Positions 18,955 through 28,492 are shown, numbered from the stretch's first letter. The stretch is DNA of 32,000 nucleotides from Desulfocapsa sulfexigens DSM 10523 (GCF_000341395.1 NC_020304.1:2850001-2882000); one strand, 5' to 3'. Notes: generated by a model not told the origin, from the sequence alone. Numbers and translations: made by a program.

Positions 18955-20077
18955 GAGAACATTTTCAAAAAGAGATGAGCAGTTTATGCGTCTTGCTCTG
19001 CATCAGGCCCGAAAAGGAATTGGGAGGACTTCTCCTAATCCATGTGTCGGGGCTGTTGTTGTACAGGATGACGATACTGTCGTAAGCCGTGGTTACCATA
19101 AAAAAGCTGGAACGCCACATGCCGAGGTGCATGCACTGCGAAAAGCTGGAAGCCGTGCTGAAGGGGCTACCATTTATGTAACTCTTGAACCCTGCAACCA
19201 TACCGGTCGTACGCCGCCCTGCAGTCACGCTGTTGCTGCTGCAGGGATCAAACGAGTCGTTGTTGGTATGGTGGATCCAAACCCTTTAGTCAGTGGTAGT
19301 GGAATCAGTTACCTGAGAAAACAGGGGATAGAGGTTCTTAGTGGTGTTCTTGAAAATGAATGTAAGGAAGTTAACCTTCCCTTTGTGAAACACATTACAA
19401 CAGGTAAACCCTTTGTAGTTATGAAGGCTGGAATGAGCCTTGACGGGAAACTCAGTTACCAGAAAGGCGTCCCTGGGAAAATGACTGGTGCTAAAAGCCG
19501 ACGTACCGTACATGGTCTTCGTAACAGTATGGATGCTATTCTGGTCGGTGTTGGTACCGTTATCGCTGATAATCCATCCCTTACAACCCGTTTGGTCAAG
19601 TGTGGCAGAGATCCGCTGCGTGTTGTTCTCGATAGTTCTTTGAGGATCTCCTCTCAAGCAAAAATTCTTCATCTGGATTCATCTGCATCAACCCTGATTT
19701 TTTGTTCACCTGTTGCTGATAGAGATAAAAAAGAACTGCTCGGTAAAATGGACGGAGTCAATGTTCAGTCGGTAGCTTTAGACGAAACTGGCAGAGGGTT
19801 AGATATGAACAGAGTTCTTGACCACCTGGGGAAAATGGGTATCTGTTCCCTCCTTGTTGAAGGTGGTGCTGAAATTCATGGCAGTTTTCTCAGCAAATCA
19901 CTGGTAGACAGAGTAATGCTTTTTGTCGCGCCTCTCTTTGGCGGCTCGTCGGGAACACCTTTGCTGAGTGGCTTCCCCGTGAGCGATAACACGAGTGCTC
20001 CAAGGTTACAAAACATTCACTATAAAAAATGTGGAGAGGATGTACTTGTTCGGGGAGATTTTTTTACTACTCTTTGA
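18929..20077 (+). CDS. ribD: Bifunctional riboflavin biosynthesis deaminase/reductase
   Basis: '[27 protein letters not shown]', 'PHAEVHAL', '[15 protein letters not shown]', C-terminal reductase '[16 protein letters not shown]'. Confidence 0.95.
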   Translation: MLSLKKKAERTFSKRDEQFMRLALHQARKGIGRTSPNPCVGAVVVQDDDTVVSRGYHKKAGTPHAEVHALRKAGSRAEGATIYVTLEPCNHTGRTPPCSHAVAAAGIKRVVVGMVDPNPLVSGSGISYLRKQGIEVLSGVLENECKEVNLPFVKHITTGKPFVVMKAGMSLDGKLSYQKGVPGKMTGAKSRRTVHGLRNSMDAILVGVGTVIADNPSLTTRLVKCGRDPLRVVLDSSLRISSQAKILHLDSSASTLIFCSPVADRDKKELLGKMDGVNVQSVALDETGRGLDMNRVLDHLGKMGICSLLVEGGAEIHGSFLSKSLVDRVMLFVAPLFGGSSGTPLLSGFPVSDNTSAPRLQNIHYKKCGEDVLVRGDFFTTL

Positions 20078-20085
20078 TACTCCAA

Positions 20086-21066
20086 TCAGTTGCGCCTGGT
20101 TTCAGCAAGGTGTAGGATTTCTGGTACCCGCTTCTCCAGTTCTGTGAGTGTCTTAAAATCCATTATAAGAGAAACAGCATCTGTTTCAAACGAAAGAGCA
20201 TGGGTTACCTTGCAGGTGGCTGGTAAATTCATGGTAGTAACTTTTTTTCTGAATAATTCTTCTGCAGAAATGCTTTGTGGAAAGAGCATCTTTTGCATGC
20301 AAGCCAAAAGAACAGTTGCTTTCTGTGGTTGATTCATTTCAGGATGAGTAAGGATTTCATTGAATTCGGGTTTCATTAACAGCTCTGTTAGTGTTTTTTC
20401 TTCTCTGTACGCAAGATCCTTGCACAGAGAAAGTAGCCTTTTTTGCTTTCCCCCACCAAGTTGTAAATCAATAAATATTCCATGAAGCAACTGTCTGTCT
20501 TCTGGACTCATTTTTAGTAGCTCATGTGCAGTTTTTTCACCAATGATTCCATTGTGTATGCTGATTTGAATATCCAACTCAAGCTCTATCAGATCTAAAC
20601 ATTTATTGATGGTGTGCGGCTGTATTTTTTGGTGAAGAATTGTAAAAAATAATGCCGCTGCCTCTTTACTATCCATATATTTAAGACAGTGGCTGAAAAA
20701 ATAGGCTTTTTCCATTGCACTGAAATTGCCAGAGAGTGACTGGTCTTCAACTATATAGGACAAAATATTTTTAGGTGAGTTATCTTCTCTGAGAATGAGA
20801 CATAGAGGGGATTTTTTACCAGGGTTGGTTTTGAGAGTTTCCAGCCTGGATTTTCCGCAGACCAATTTGTAGCGCTCTTTAGGTTGCCGCAGGAGGATTG
20901 GTGGACGAAGTATGCCTACTCTATTAATAGATTCAACAAGGGCAGTGGCGGGTGGTTTAGAACTAAGAAAAGGGTGAAGGCTCCATTCGTCTGAGATTTG
21001 TATTTTATTCAGCTCTATTGGGTGAAAGGTCGCAGAGGGATGCATCGTATCTGTAGTATGAAGCAC
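20086..21066 (-). CDS. ParB-like nuclease/CTPase-fold N-terminal domain protein, standalone
   Basis: 'IELNKIQISDEWSLHPF...ALVESINRVGILRPPILLRQPKERYKLVCGKSRLETLKT', 'SAMEKAYFFSHCL', then a KorB/Noc-like helical segment 'PHTINKCLDLIELELDIQISIHNGIIGEKTAHELLKMSPEDRQ'. Confidence 0.75.
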   Translation of the reverse strand: MLHTTDTMHPSATFHPIELNKIQISDEWSLHPFLSSKPPATALVESINRVGILRPPILLRQPKERYKLVCGKSRLETLKTNPGKKSPLCLILREDNSPKNILSYIVEDQSLSGNFSAMEKAYFFSHCLKYMDSKEAAALFFTILHQKIQPHTINKCLDLIELELDIQISIHNGIIGEKTAHELLKMSPEDRQLLHGIFIDLQLGGGKQKRLLSLCKDLAYREEKTLTELLMKPEFNEILTHPEMNQPQKATVLLACMQKMLFPQSISAEELFRKKVTTMNLPATCKVTHALSFETDAVSLIMDFKTLTELEKRVPEILHLAETRRN

Positions 21067-21086
21067 GGCAAGAAGGCGTTAGAGAA

Positions 21087-21133
21087 TAAAAAAAACCTGT
21101 GTTTCTTCAAGGTGATGAGAATAAACACAGGTT
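21087..21133 (-). terminator. Rho-independent terminator downstream of the IHF/HU-like gene
   Basis: Perfect 11-bp stem AACCTGTGTTT (21094-21104)/AAACACAGGTT (21123-21133), followed by a T-run on the minus strand (A-run at about 21087-21095 on the plus strand). Confidence 0.85.
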
Positions 21134-21178
21134 AACGGGAGACCTGAATAATAATTACTTTAGTAAAACTATTGGTGA

Positions 21179-21466
21179 TCAGGCCTCATTAATTTTGTCG
21201 CGGAGAATTCCAGACGGTTTAAAGGTGACCACACGTCTGGCATCAAGGGTCAGTTCATCGCCTGTCTGGGGATTACGTCCTCTTCTGGACTTTTTGTCTT
21301 TAACATTGAATTTCCCGAAACCACTTAAGAGAAGATCGGTACCATTAATTAGTGATGTTTTGGAGATACGTAGAAAAGCTTCAACAGAATCGGTTGCTTG
21401 AGCCTTTGTTAACGATCCGTGAGATTTGTATACTTGCTGAACAAGATCAGCTTTTGTGAGAGTCAT
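21179..21466 (-). CDS. HU/IHF-family DNA-binding protein, IHF-alpha-like
   Basis: 'MTLTKADLVQQVYKS...GTDLLLSGFGKFNVKDKKSRRGRNPQTGDELTLDARRVVTFKPSGILRDKIN'. Confidence 0.93.
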   Translation of the reverse strand: MTLTKADLVQQVYKSHGSLTKAQATDSVEAFLRISKTSLINGTDLLLSGFGKFNVKDKKSRRGRNPQTGDELTLDARRVVTFKPSGILRDKINEA

Positions 21467-21623
21467 GATTGATTCCTCCTCTAAGGTAATCGATATTTAG
21501 TACCTTTTCCCCTCAAGGGGGTTCTGAACTGAGTACTGGCTTACTTATTTTAACCAGTGTTAGTTATAATCTGCTTTTAATGATATGCGTCAAGGGAATA
21601 AAGTCAATAGTAACTGTTTTTTT

Positions 21624-22835
21624 TTATCCACCAACGGCATTGGCCATTGAGAAAATTGGGAGATACATGGCGATGACCAGACCACCAATCATGCCCCCCA
21701 GGAAGACCATCATGAAAGGTTCGATCATGGCGGTGAGGTTTTCAACTGCCTGATCTACTTCTCCATCATAAAAGTCAGCAATCTTGGCGAGCATAGTGTC
21801 GAGTGCTCCAACAGATTCACCAACGTTGATCATCTGGACGACCATATTGGGAAAGACACCACTTTCTTCTAAGGGTTCAGCAATGGGGCGTCCCTCTGCA
21901 ATACTATCGGCTACACGAAAAACAGCAGCTTCAATGACCTTGTTGCCGGCAGTTTTTGCAACCACCTGTAATGCGTCAAGAATAGGAACGCCACTTTGCA
22001 GCATGGTGCTGAGAGTCCTGGTGAATTTGGAAACAGCAACCTTTCTGATTAAGGGGCCAGCAACTGGAGCTTTGATCAGCATTGCATCCATTCTGAACCG
22101 TCCTCTCTCCGTGGAATATATCTTTTTTATGGTGTAAATTACTGCAAAGAGGCCCATGCCTAGCCAAAGAAAATTGCTTTTGAAGGTGTTTGACATTGAG
22201 ACTACGATTTGGGTAGGGATCGGTAGCGCTGAGCCAAAACTTGCAAACATTTCCTCAAAAACAGGAATAACAAAAACCAGAATTACCACAAGTATAAGTG
22301 CTGAGATTGCAAGACAGATTGCGGGATAGGTCATGGCTCCTTTAATTTTTTTCTTAAGAGCCATGGATTTTTCCATAAAAATAGCCAGCCTACCTAATAT
22401 CGTATCGAGTATACCGCCTGTTTCACCAGCTTCGATCATATTTGAGAAAAGGTTGTCGAAAACTTTGGGATGTTTCCGCATGGCATCAGCAAAGGTTGTT
22501 CCTGTTTCGACATCGGATTTGATGTTTCCTAAAACTTTTTTTAATGTTGGGTTTTCCTGTTGCTTGGCCAAAATTTCCAGGCCTTGAACCAAAGGAAGTC
22601 CAGCGTCAATCATAGTGGAAAGTTGTCTGGTAAAAATAACAATATCCTTGCCGGTAACCTTAGGCTGGAAAAAGGAAATGTTTTCTAAAAGATCTTTGGG
22701 TTTTTCTTTTACAATCGGATCTTTAATACGAAGACGCTTGACATGGCCAAGAGCTGTTGCCTGGTCAGGAGCTTCTATTTCGCCTTTACGTTTGTCACCG
22801 TAGGAATTGATACCTTTCCATATATAGACCGGCAT
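21624..22835 (-). CDS. pilC: Type IV pilus/type II secretion inner-membrane protein PilC/GspF family
   Basis: 'KVTGKDIVIFTRQLSTMIDAGLPLVQGLEILAKQQENPTLKKVL', 'MIEAGETGGILDTIL', 'VSKFTRTLSTMLQSGVPILDALQVVAKTAGN'. Confidence 0.93.
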   Translation of the reverse strand: MPVYIWKGINSYGDKRKGEIEAPDQATALGHVKRLRIKDPIVKEKPKDLLENISFFQPKVTGKDIVIFTRQLSTMIDAGLPLVQGLEILAKQQENPTLKKVLGNIKSDVETGTTFADAMRKHPKVFDNLFSNMIEAGETGGILDTILGRLAIFMEKSMALKKKIKGAMTYPAICLAISALILVVILVFVIPVFEEMFASFGSALPIPTQIVVSMSNTFKSNFLWLGMGLFAVIYTIKKIYSTERGRFRMDAMLIKAPVAGPLIRKVAVSKFTRTLSTMLQSGVPILDALQVVAKTAGNKVIEAAVFRVADSIAEGRPIAEPLEESGVFPNMVVQMINVGESVGALDTMLAKIADFYDGEVDQAVENLTAMIEPFMMVFLGGMIGGLVIAMYLPIFSMANAVGG

Positions 22836-23280
22836 TAGTTTTTCTCCTGCATGATACTATTTTACTAAATTAAACCAATTAGTTGATTTGCTTTTATGTG
22901 AGCCGGTGCGTGTATACTCAAGGGGGCCGGCTACGCTTACATTTGAGTTGGATGTAAGTTCATTGAATACTAAGCAATTGTTAAATAACACAATGAAATT
23001 TATTCTATATCATGAAGTTATAGATTACAAGTTAGAGTATTGTGAGAAGTAATTATTTTCTGAGTGTCTCCTGTAGATTGCCATATTCTTTGATATTGCG
23101 TCTTCTTGGAAAAACTTTAGGGACTCCAATGTCTCTATTTGTTGCCTTTGTGAAAATTTGTTCTTGTCTAAAGTGATCGTGCTTGTTAATATGATCATCT
23201 TACGGTGAGTTTTCAGTGAGGACGTAGTTCCTGCGCTTTAATTGTATTAGATTAGTGTCATTGACTTTGAGGAGAACAGC

Positions 23281-23529
23281 ATGCAGAATCAAGCTGCTAT
23301 GAGTTTTAGCGAGAGAAGTTTTCAACCTGTTGTTGAAAAGTGTGAAGGTTGTGAGAGAATTGTAGAGGAAGCTGGTTCTAAATATTGCCAGTCTTACCTT
23401 CAGCCCGAGGCTAAATGGCGTTTGGGAATTTGTAATTTTGCAACGCATGCGAAACCAGAAATAACGGTCGTTACTGTCAGAATCAATCCTTTGAAAGCTG
23501 CAAAGAGAGCATCTGCTAAGAAAGTTTAA
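23281..23529 (+). CDS. Small Cys-containing protein resembling the 'PxxKW' family
   Basis: 'PVVEKCEGCERIVEEAGSKYCQSYLQPEAKWRLGICNFATHAKPE' with PEAKW motif. ATG is preceded by 'GAGGAGA'. Confidence 0.75.
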   Translation: MQNQAAMSFSERSFQPVVEKCEGCERIVEEAGSKYCQSYLQPEAKWRLGICNFATHAKPEITVVTVRINPLKAAKRASAKKV

Positions 23530-23554
23530 CAGTAGCAGCAATAAGGAAGAACTA

Positions 23555-23597
23555 AAAAAAGCATTTTCTCGTTAATGAGAAGATGCTTTTTTTTTTT
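23555..23597 (+). terminator. Bidirectional rho-independent terminator
   Basis: Stem AAGCATTTTCTC/GAGAAGATGCTT (one G-U type mismatch), flanked by an A-run on the left and a T-run on the right, so it can serve both the plus-strand gene (to 23529) and the minus-strand gene (from 23649). Confidence 0.85.
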
Positions 23598-23648
23598 TGA
23601 AAAAACGCTTTGTCCTTCATATCCTGTGTTAGGACTGACACCGTCCCA

Positions 23649-24347
23649 TTAAGCGATTTCGGGTCTGTCACCAAAAATTGCTGTCCCTATTCTTATAATC
23701 GTTGCCCCCTCTTCAATAGCCGTTTTGAAATCCTGTGACATCCCCATGGAAAGCTCAAACCTACTGTTGTCTGAAAAAAGTTCCTGCTTTGCTAGCTCTT
23801 TACCAAGGTTGCTAAGATCTCTGAAATAAATTCTGGTTTTTTCGGTATCAGACGAAAAAGGTGGAATGGTCATAAGTCCCATTGGCCGAATTTGTGAAAG
23901 GGTTCTTATGTGTTTTAGGAGGGCTCCAGCATTTTCAGGAGGAACTCCTGATTTTTTAGGATCTTCACCTATGTTTACCTGGATCAAGATATCTAATTTC
24001 CGATCAAGGGTGAGAAGATGTTTGTTTAAGGCTTTGGCGAGTTTAAGTCTGTCCACCGTTTCGACCATGGAAAAGAGCTCAGCTGCCAGTTTTGCTTTGT
24101 TGCTCTGGACATGGCCAATAAAATGAAACTTCGCTGCATCATCAATGCTGTGTCTTTTTTCTGCTGCCTCCTGGATATAGTTTTCACCAAAATAATATTG
24201 ACCTGCTGCCATTGCCTCTTTAATACTGGCAATGGAGTGACGTTTTGAAACTGCAATTAATTTGATAGAAGAAGGGGCTCTATCACAGGCGAGAGCTGTC
24301 TGATTTATAGATTGGTGGATGGTGTTGAGGTTGTTGGCAATGGACAT
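23649..24347 (-). CDS. yggS: YggS-family PLP homeostasis protein
   Basis: 'IKLIAVSKRHSIASIKEAMAAGQYYFGENYIQEAAEK', 'FHFIGHVQSNKAK', 'LSMGMSQDFKTAIEEGATIIRIGTAIFG'. Confidence 0.95.
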   Translation of the reverse strand: MSIANNLNTIHQSINQTALACDRAPSSIKLIAVSKRHSIASIKEAMAAGQYYFGENYIQEAAEKRHSIDDAAKFHFIGHVQSNKAKLAAELFSMVETVDRLKLAKALNKHLLTLDRKLDILIQVNIGEDPKKSGVPPENAGALLKHIRTLSQIRPMGLMTIPPFSSDTEKTRIYFRDLSNLGKELAKQELFSDNSRFELSMGMSQDFKTAIEEGATIIRIGTAIFGDRPEIA

Positions 24348-24352
24348 GGGGG

Positions 24353-25225
24353 TTAATCTCTGGGGCTGTAGTTGAATAGACGCGCAACATTTTCACTTGT
24401 AGTATCTGCCACTTCTTCCAGGCTGATTTTTTTGAGTTCGGCCACTTTCTCAGCCGTGTACAACAGATACGATGACTCATTTCTTTTTCCCCGCCAGGGA
24501 ACGGGCGCGAGAAATGGCCCATCCGTTTCAAGAATTAATGAATTCAAGGGGATGTGTTTGGCAACCTCTTGAAGGTCGACTCCATTTTTGAAGGTCACAA
24601 CTCCTGGAATTGAAATAAAAAAGCCAAGATCAATTATTTTTTTGGCAAAATCCATGTCACCTGAAAAACAGTGCATCACTCCTCCGTTAGGGAATGGGCC
24701 GTTGAGCTGCAGACTCTTCAAGGTGTCGTCGTGTGCTTCTCGGTCATGTATTATTACAGGCAAACAAAGTTCTTTTGCGAGGAGTAACTGTTTATGAAAG
24801 GCTTTTTTTTGGAGAGCAGGTTCAGCATATTGTTTTGCGTAATCAAGCCCTATCTCACCATAGCCGACGATATGTTCTCTATTGTCTGACACTAGTTGCT
24901 TCAGGCGCGTGTAGGTGGAATTGTCTGCGCTTTTGACGTCGTGGGGGTGAATCCCAACGGTGGCCTTGATCATAGAGTGGTGTTTGGCAAGTTCAATGGC
25001 TGTTTTCGAGCTTTTTTCGTCGATTCCAATGGTTATGATAGAACGCACCCCATTGGATTTTGCCCTCGCAAGGACCTGACCGAGATCTTCCTCGTAACAA
25101 CTCATGTCGAGATGACAGTGGCTGTCAATAAGGAAACTATCTGCCTGAAGAACTGGTAATGGACGTTTGGTTTTTTTCATAATATTTTCAATGAGATTTT
25201 TAGCAGATTCATTCTGGTCATGCAA
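24353..25225 (-). CDS. tatD: TatD family metal-dependent DNase
   Basis: 'LIDSHCHLDM', 'ATVGIHPHDV', 'GYGEIGLDY', 'QLLLAKELCLPVIIHDREAHDD', 'LETDGPFLAPVPWRGKRNE'. Confidence 0.94.
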   Translation of the reverse strand: MHDQNESAKNLIENIMKKTKRPLPVLQADSFLIDSHCHLDMSCYEEDLGQVLARAKSNGVRSIITIGIDEKSSKTAIELAKHHSMIKATVGIHPHDVKSADNSTYTRLKQLVSDNREHIVGYGEIGLDYAKQYAEPALQKKAFHKQLLLAKELCLPVIIHDREAHDDTLKSLQLNGPFPNGGVMHCFSGDMDFAKKIIDLGFFISIPGVVTFKNGVDLQEVAKHIPLNSLILETDGPFLAPVPWRGKRNESSYLLYTAEKVAELKKISLEEVADTTSENVARLFNYSPRD

Positions 25226-25354
25226 TGTTGAAATGTATTAAAAACTGCTTTTGAGTTTCTCGATGCCACGATATACTTGTGATGATCAGCTGCGGATCAT
25301 TTTAGAAGAATTGTCACGCTCCTTGATACCCTATTTATCAACCGAGGTTTTGAA

Positions 25355-27085
25355 ATGAGAATTGACACAAAATTTACAAAGAGAAACCTGCAGGCAAGAG
25401 GACTTGAGCCTGCAGACTGTGTCTTGAAAAATTGTCGCATAATTGATGTCTTCTGTGGAGAAATTGTACATGCCGATGTGGCAATCTGTGAAGAAACAAT
25501 TGTTGGAATAGGCGACTATTCAGGAAAAAAAGAGATCGATTGTAAAGAGGCATTTGTCGCTCCAGGGTTTATGGAGGGGCACATCCACATAGAAAGTTCC
25601 ATGCTTAGTCCCAAACAATTCGTCAAAACTGTTTTACCGCACGGTACAACAACTGTCGTTTGTGATCCCCATGAAATTGCAAACGTTGCAGGAGTTGAAG
25701 GCGTGAAATATGTACTTGAAGAAAGTAAAGACCTTCCCTGTGCAATTTATGTGATGGCTCCCTCGTGTGTTCCTGCAACTCACCTTGAAAATTCTGGAGC
25801 AAGGCTTTCCTCAAGCGATCTTGAACTATTGTTAAAGTTACCTCGGGTGATTGGTGTGGCTGAGATGATGAATTACCCAGGTGTATTATTTCAAGACGAG
25901 GAAGTCGTGAGGAAAATTTGTCTGGCCAGGGAAAGTGGTGTTCCGATTGATGGTCATGCTCCAGGGGTAAGTGGAAAAGACCTCCAGGCCTATATTGGAA
26001 GTGGTATATTCTCCGATCATGAATGTGCCACCGCAGCTGAGGCTCTCGAAAAGCTTTCCTCCGGAATGTTTTTGTTTATGCGGGAAGGGTCAACCGCAAA
26101 GAATCTTGAAGACCTTCTTCCGGCTGTTACTGAGAAGAACAGTCACCGATGTCTACTGGTAACAGATGATTGTCACCCTGACGAATTGTTGAAAGAAGGA
26201 CATCTTGATCGGATCCTCCGCAGGGCAATTTCCCTTGGACTTGACCCTGTAATAGCAATTCAAATGGTTACTATTAATGTTGCCAGTTACTTTAGGTTGT
26301 ACGATCGAGGTGCGATTGCCCCTGGGTATCGCGCAGATCTCGTTGTGTTTGATGATTTAATGGATATTAGAATTAAGACTGTTTTCAGCGGCGGAACACA
26401 GTTAGATGAAATAATGTGTAACGAATCCCTTTTCTCCAAGTCCCTGACAGAAGGTTATCCTTCAGTACTCAATTCGGTTCATGTGGACACATCGAAAATT
26501 TCCTTTAAAATTCCAGCCGTCGGTAAGATTATCAAGGTGATTGGGGTTAGGAAGGATCAATTGGTCACTGATTCTCTTAGACTCCCTGCGTTGATTGACG
26601 ACGGTTTTGTGCTTTCCGATATTTCCAGAGATATAATAAAAATTGCTGTTATAGAGCGCCACCATACAACAGGAAATATGGGACTTGGATTTGTTCATGG
26701 GATTGGTTTGCAGGAAGGGGCACTCGCGTCAACTGTGGGACATGATTCTCACAATATTACAGTTATTGGTGTAGATGATATGGATATGGAGATTGCTGTT
26801 CAGGCTATTGTCAAGCAGGGTGGGGGACTTGCAGTAGTGAAAAATGGAGAAGTGGTTGAGAGACTCGTGTTGGATGTGGCCGGTCTTATGTCAACGGATG
26901 AAGCTCATGTATTAGCTGATAAATTTTCCAATTTACTGATGGCTGCTCTAAAATTGGGCGTTCAAGTTTCTGATCCATTTATGTTGATGAGTTTTCTCGC
27001 TCTTCCCGTGATTCCTCATTTAAAGATTACAGACATGGGATTAGTTGATGTTGATGCCTTTTCCCACACGGATCTCTGGCTTTGA
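25355..27085 (+). CDS. ade: Adenine deaminase
   Basis: 'KEAFVAPGFMEGHIHIESSMLSPKQFVKTVLPHGTTTVVCDPHEIANVAG', 'DDCHPDEL', C-terminal 'RHHTTGNMGLGFVHGIGL' and 'HDSHNITVIG'. Confidence 0.95.
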   Translation: MRIDTKFTKRNLQARGLEPADCVLKNCRIIDVFCGEIVHADVAICEETIVGIGDYSGKKEIDCKEAFVAPGFMEGHIHIESSMLSPKQFVKTVLPHGTTTVVCDPHEIANVAGVEGVKYVLEESKDLPCAIYVMAPSCVPATHLENSGARLSSSDLELLLKLPRVIGVAEMMNYPGVLFQDEEVVRKICLARESGVPIDGHAPGVSGKDLQAYIGSGIFSDHECATAAEALEKLSSGMFLFMREGSTAKNLEDLLPAVTEKNSHRCLLVTDDCHPDELLKEGHLDRILRRAISLGLDPVIAIQMVTINVASYFRLYDRGAIAPGYRADLVVFDDLMDIRIKTVFSGGTQLDEIMCNESLFSKSLTEGYPSVLNSVHVDTSKISFKIPAVGKIIKVIGVRKDQLVTDSLRLPALIDDGFVLSDISRDIIKIAVIERHHTTGNMGLGFVHGIGLQEGALASTVGHDSHNITVIGVDDMDMEIAVQAIVKQGGGLAVVKNGEVVERLVLDVAGLMSTDEAHVLADKFSNLLMAALKLGVQVSDPFMLMSFLALPVIPHLKITDMGLVDVDAFSHTDLWL

Positions 27086-27206
27086 TGTAGCAAGAAGATA
27101 TGTATGCAAAGACTGTTAAATCAGTGTGTTAGATGAGAAGGTGGTGGCAGTGACGGAGGTTTTGCTATATCAGTATGATTTTTTTAGATAAAATAAAAAA
27201 AACATC

Positions 27207-27222
27207 TTCATATCGATATGAA
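27207..27222. repeat. Perfect 16-bp palindrome in the leader upstream of mglB
   Basis: TTCATATCGATATGAA is its own reverse complement. It lies about 187 bp upstream of the mglB-like start. Confidence 0.8.
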
Positions 27223-27408
27223 TCTGTCGTATACTAACTAGCGTTATGGTATCTTTGCTATGTGATTTATTTGACGAAGGAAATCTTTTTCTTCCGATTT
27301 AGAAAAGATAAAAAGAAAAATGTGGCCGCTGCCTAAGGGCTGAACGCTATATTAACAAGCTTAAGGGTCGACTGTGAAGACTCGTAATTAAGGAAAGAGG
27401 TATTTGGC

Positions 27409-27813
27409 ATGAATTATGGAATAGTCAGTCAAGAGCAGCTGGAGCAGATTGATACAATTCTGGCCAGCAAGCTCATTAAACTTGGTGTCGATTGTGTCAT
27501 CATTATAGATATGGCAGGCAATATAATCACTGCCAAAGATAACGGTGAGAGTAAATATGATGTGTATTCCTTTGCTGCTCTGGCCGCAGGAAATTTTGCA
27601 ACAGTAGATGCTATGGCCAAATTGGTTGGTGAGGCGGAGTTTTCCCTGCTTTTCCATAAAGGTCAGGAATCGAATATCCATTTCAGTAAGATTGATGATG
27701 AGTTGTTACTTATATCTATGTTTGGAAAGGACATATCTCTCGGTTTTCTAAGACTAAACGTGGTTGAAGCTATCGAACAGATCCGTAAAGTTTGGGAAGG
27801 TGGCAACGGCTGA
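27409..27813 (+). CDS. mglB: Roadblock/LC7 domain protein, MglB-like
   Basis: 'DCVIIIDMAGNIITAK...SFAALAAGNFATVDAMAKLVGEAEFSLLFHKGQESNIHFSKIDDELLLISMFG' parallels MglB. RBS 'AGGAAAGAGG'. Confidence 0.88.
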   Translation: MNYGIVSQEQLEQIDTILASKLIKLGVDCVIIIDMAGNIITAKDNGESKYDVYSFAALAAGNFATVDAMAKLVGEAEFSLLFHKGQESNIHFSKIDDELLLISMFGKDISLGFLRLNVVEAIEQIRKVWEGGNG

Positions 27814-27876
27814 TTTAATTCTGACAGCTTTCATTTTTGTAAAAAAACAGATGCGTTTAATACCGGGGGTAATGCG

Positions 27877-28482
27877 TTGAGTTTTATTAATTTAAAAGAC
27901 AAAGTAGTTCAGGTTAAAATTGTTTATTATGGCCCTGGCAGGTGTGGTAAGACAACAAACTTGGAATATGTGAATCGTAAATTTCGTGACCAGATTCAAT
28001 CAGAAATGGTTAGTCTGAAAACACACGGGGATCGAACGTTATTCTTTGACTTTCTACCCTTTGATATGGGCCAGATTAAGGGATATGACATTAAAATTCA
28101 GCTCTATACTGTACCTGGACAGGTGAAATATAATGCTACTCGAAAACTTGTTTTAAAAGGGGTAGATGGCGTTGTTTTTGTTGCTGACGCCATGGAGAAA
28201 CAGCGCGAAAAAAATATCCGTTCACTGAACCAGTTACACGAAAATCTCCAGGCATATAAAGAATCAATCTTTAAGATTCCTCTGGTTATCCAATACAACA
28301 AGGTCGACTTGAAAGATCATGGAGTCCCGATATTGCCCACGGCAGTTCTGCGAAAAGATCTGAACAGTCGGCTGAAAGTACCGGATTTTGAAGCAAGTGC
28401 TATTACGGGATATAATGTTGCGGCAACCTTGAAAAAGATTATTTCATCAACGGTTGTTTCTATACAGAAAAAATTACTATAG
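27877..28482 (+). CDS. mglA: MglA-family small Ras-like GTPase
   Basis: P-loop 'YYGPGRCGKTTNLEYV', 'DRTLFFDFLPFDMG', 'LYTVPGQVKYNATRKLVLKGVDGVVFVADA', 'VIQYNKVDL'. Confidence 0.93.
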   Translation: MSFINLKDKVVQVKIVYYGPGRCGKTTNLEYVNRKFRDQIQSEMVSLKTHGDRTLFFDFLPFDMGQIKGYDIKIQLYTVPGQVKYNATRKLVLKGVDGVVFVADAMEKQREKNIRSLNQLHENLQAYKESIFKIPLVIQYNKVDLKDHGVPILPTAVLRKDLNSRLKVPDFEASAITGYNVAATLKKIISSTVVSIQKKLL

Positions 28483-28492
28483 GGAATAGACG

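Noticed and set aside
19286-19672. 128-aa minus-strand ORF within ribD
   Set aside because: Antisense to a confident ribD, with no recognisable protein features.
20090-20332. 80-aa plus-strand ORF directly after ribD
   Set aside because: It lies fully antisense to the ParB-like gene and shows no domain.
23200-23541. 113-aa minus-strand ORF covering the PxxKW-type gene
   Set aside because: The plus-strand ORF has a good RBS, a recognisable motif and a terminator. The minus ORF is a leucine-rich antisense artefact.
27085-27408. Possible riboswitch or sigma54 promoter in the mglB leader ('TGGTATCTTTGCT')
   Set aside because: The spacing between the TGG and TTGC-like elements is too short for a sigma54 promoter, and I cannot recognise a known riboswitch fold by eye.
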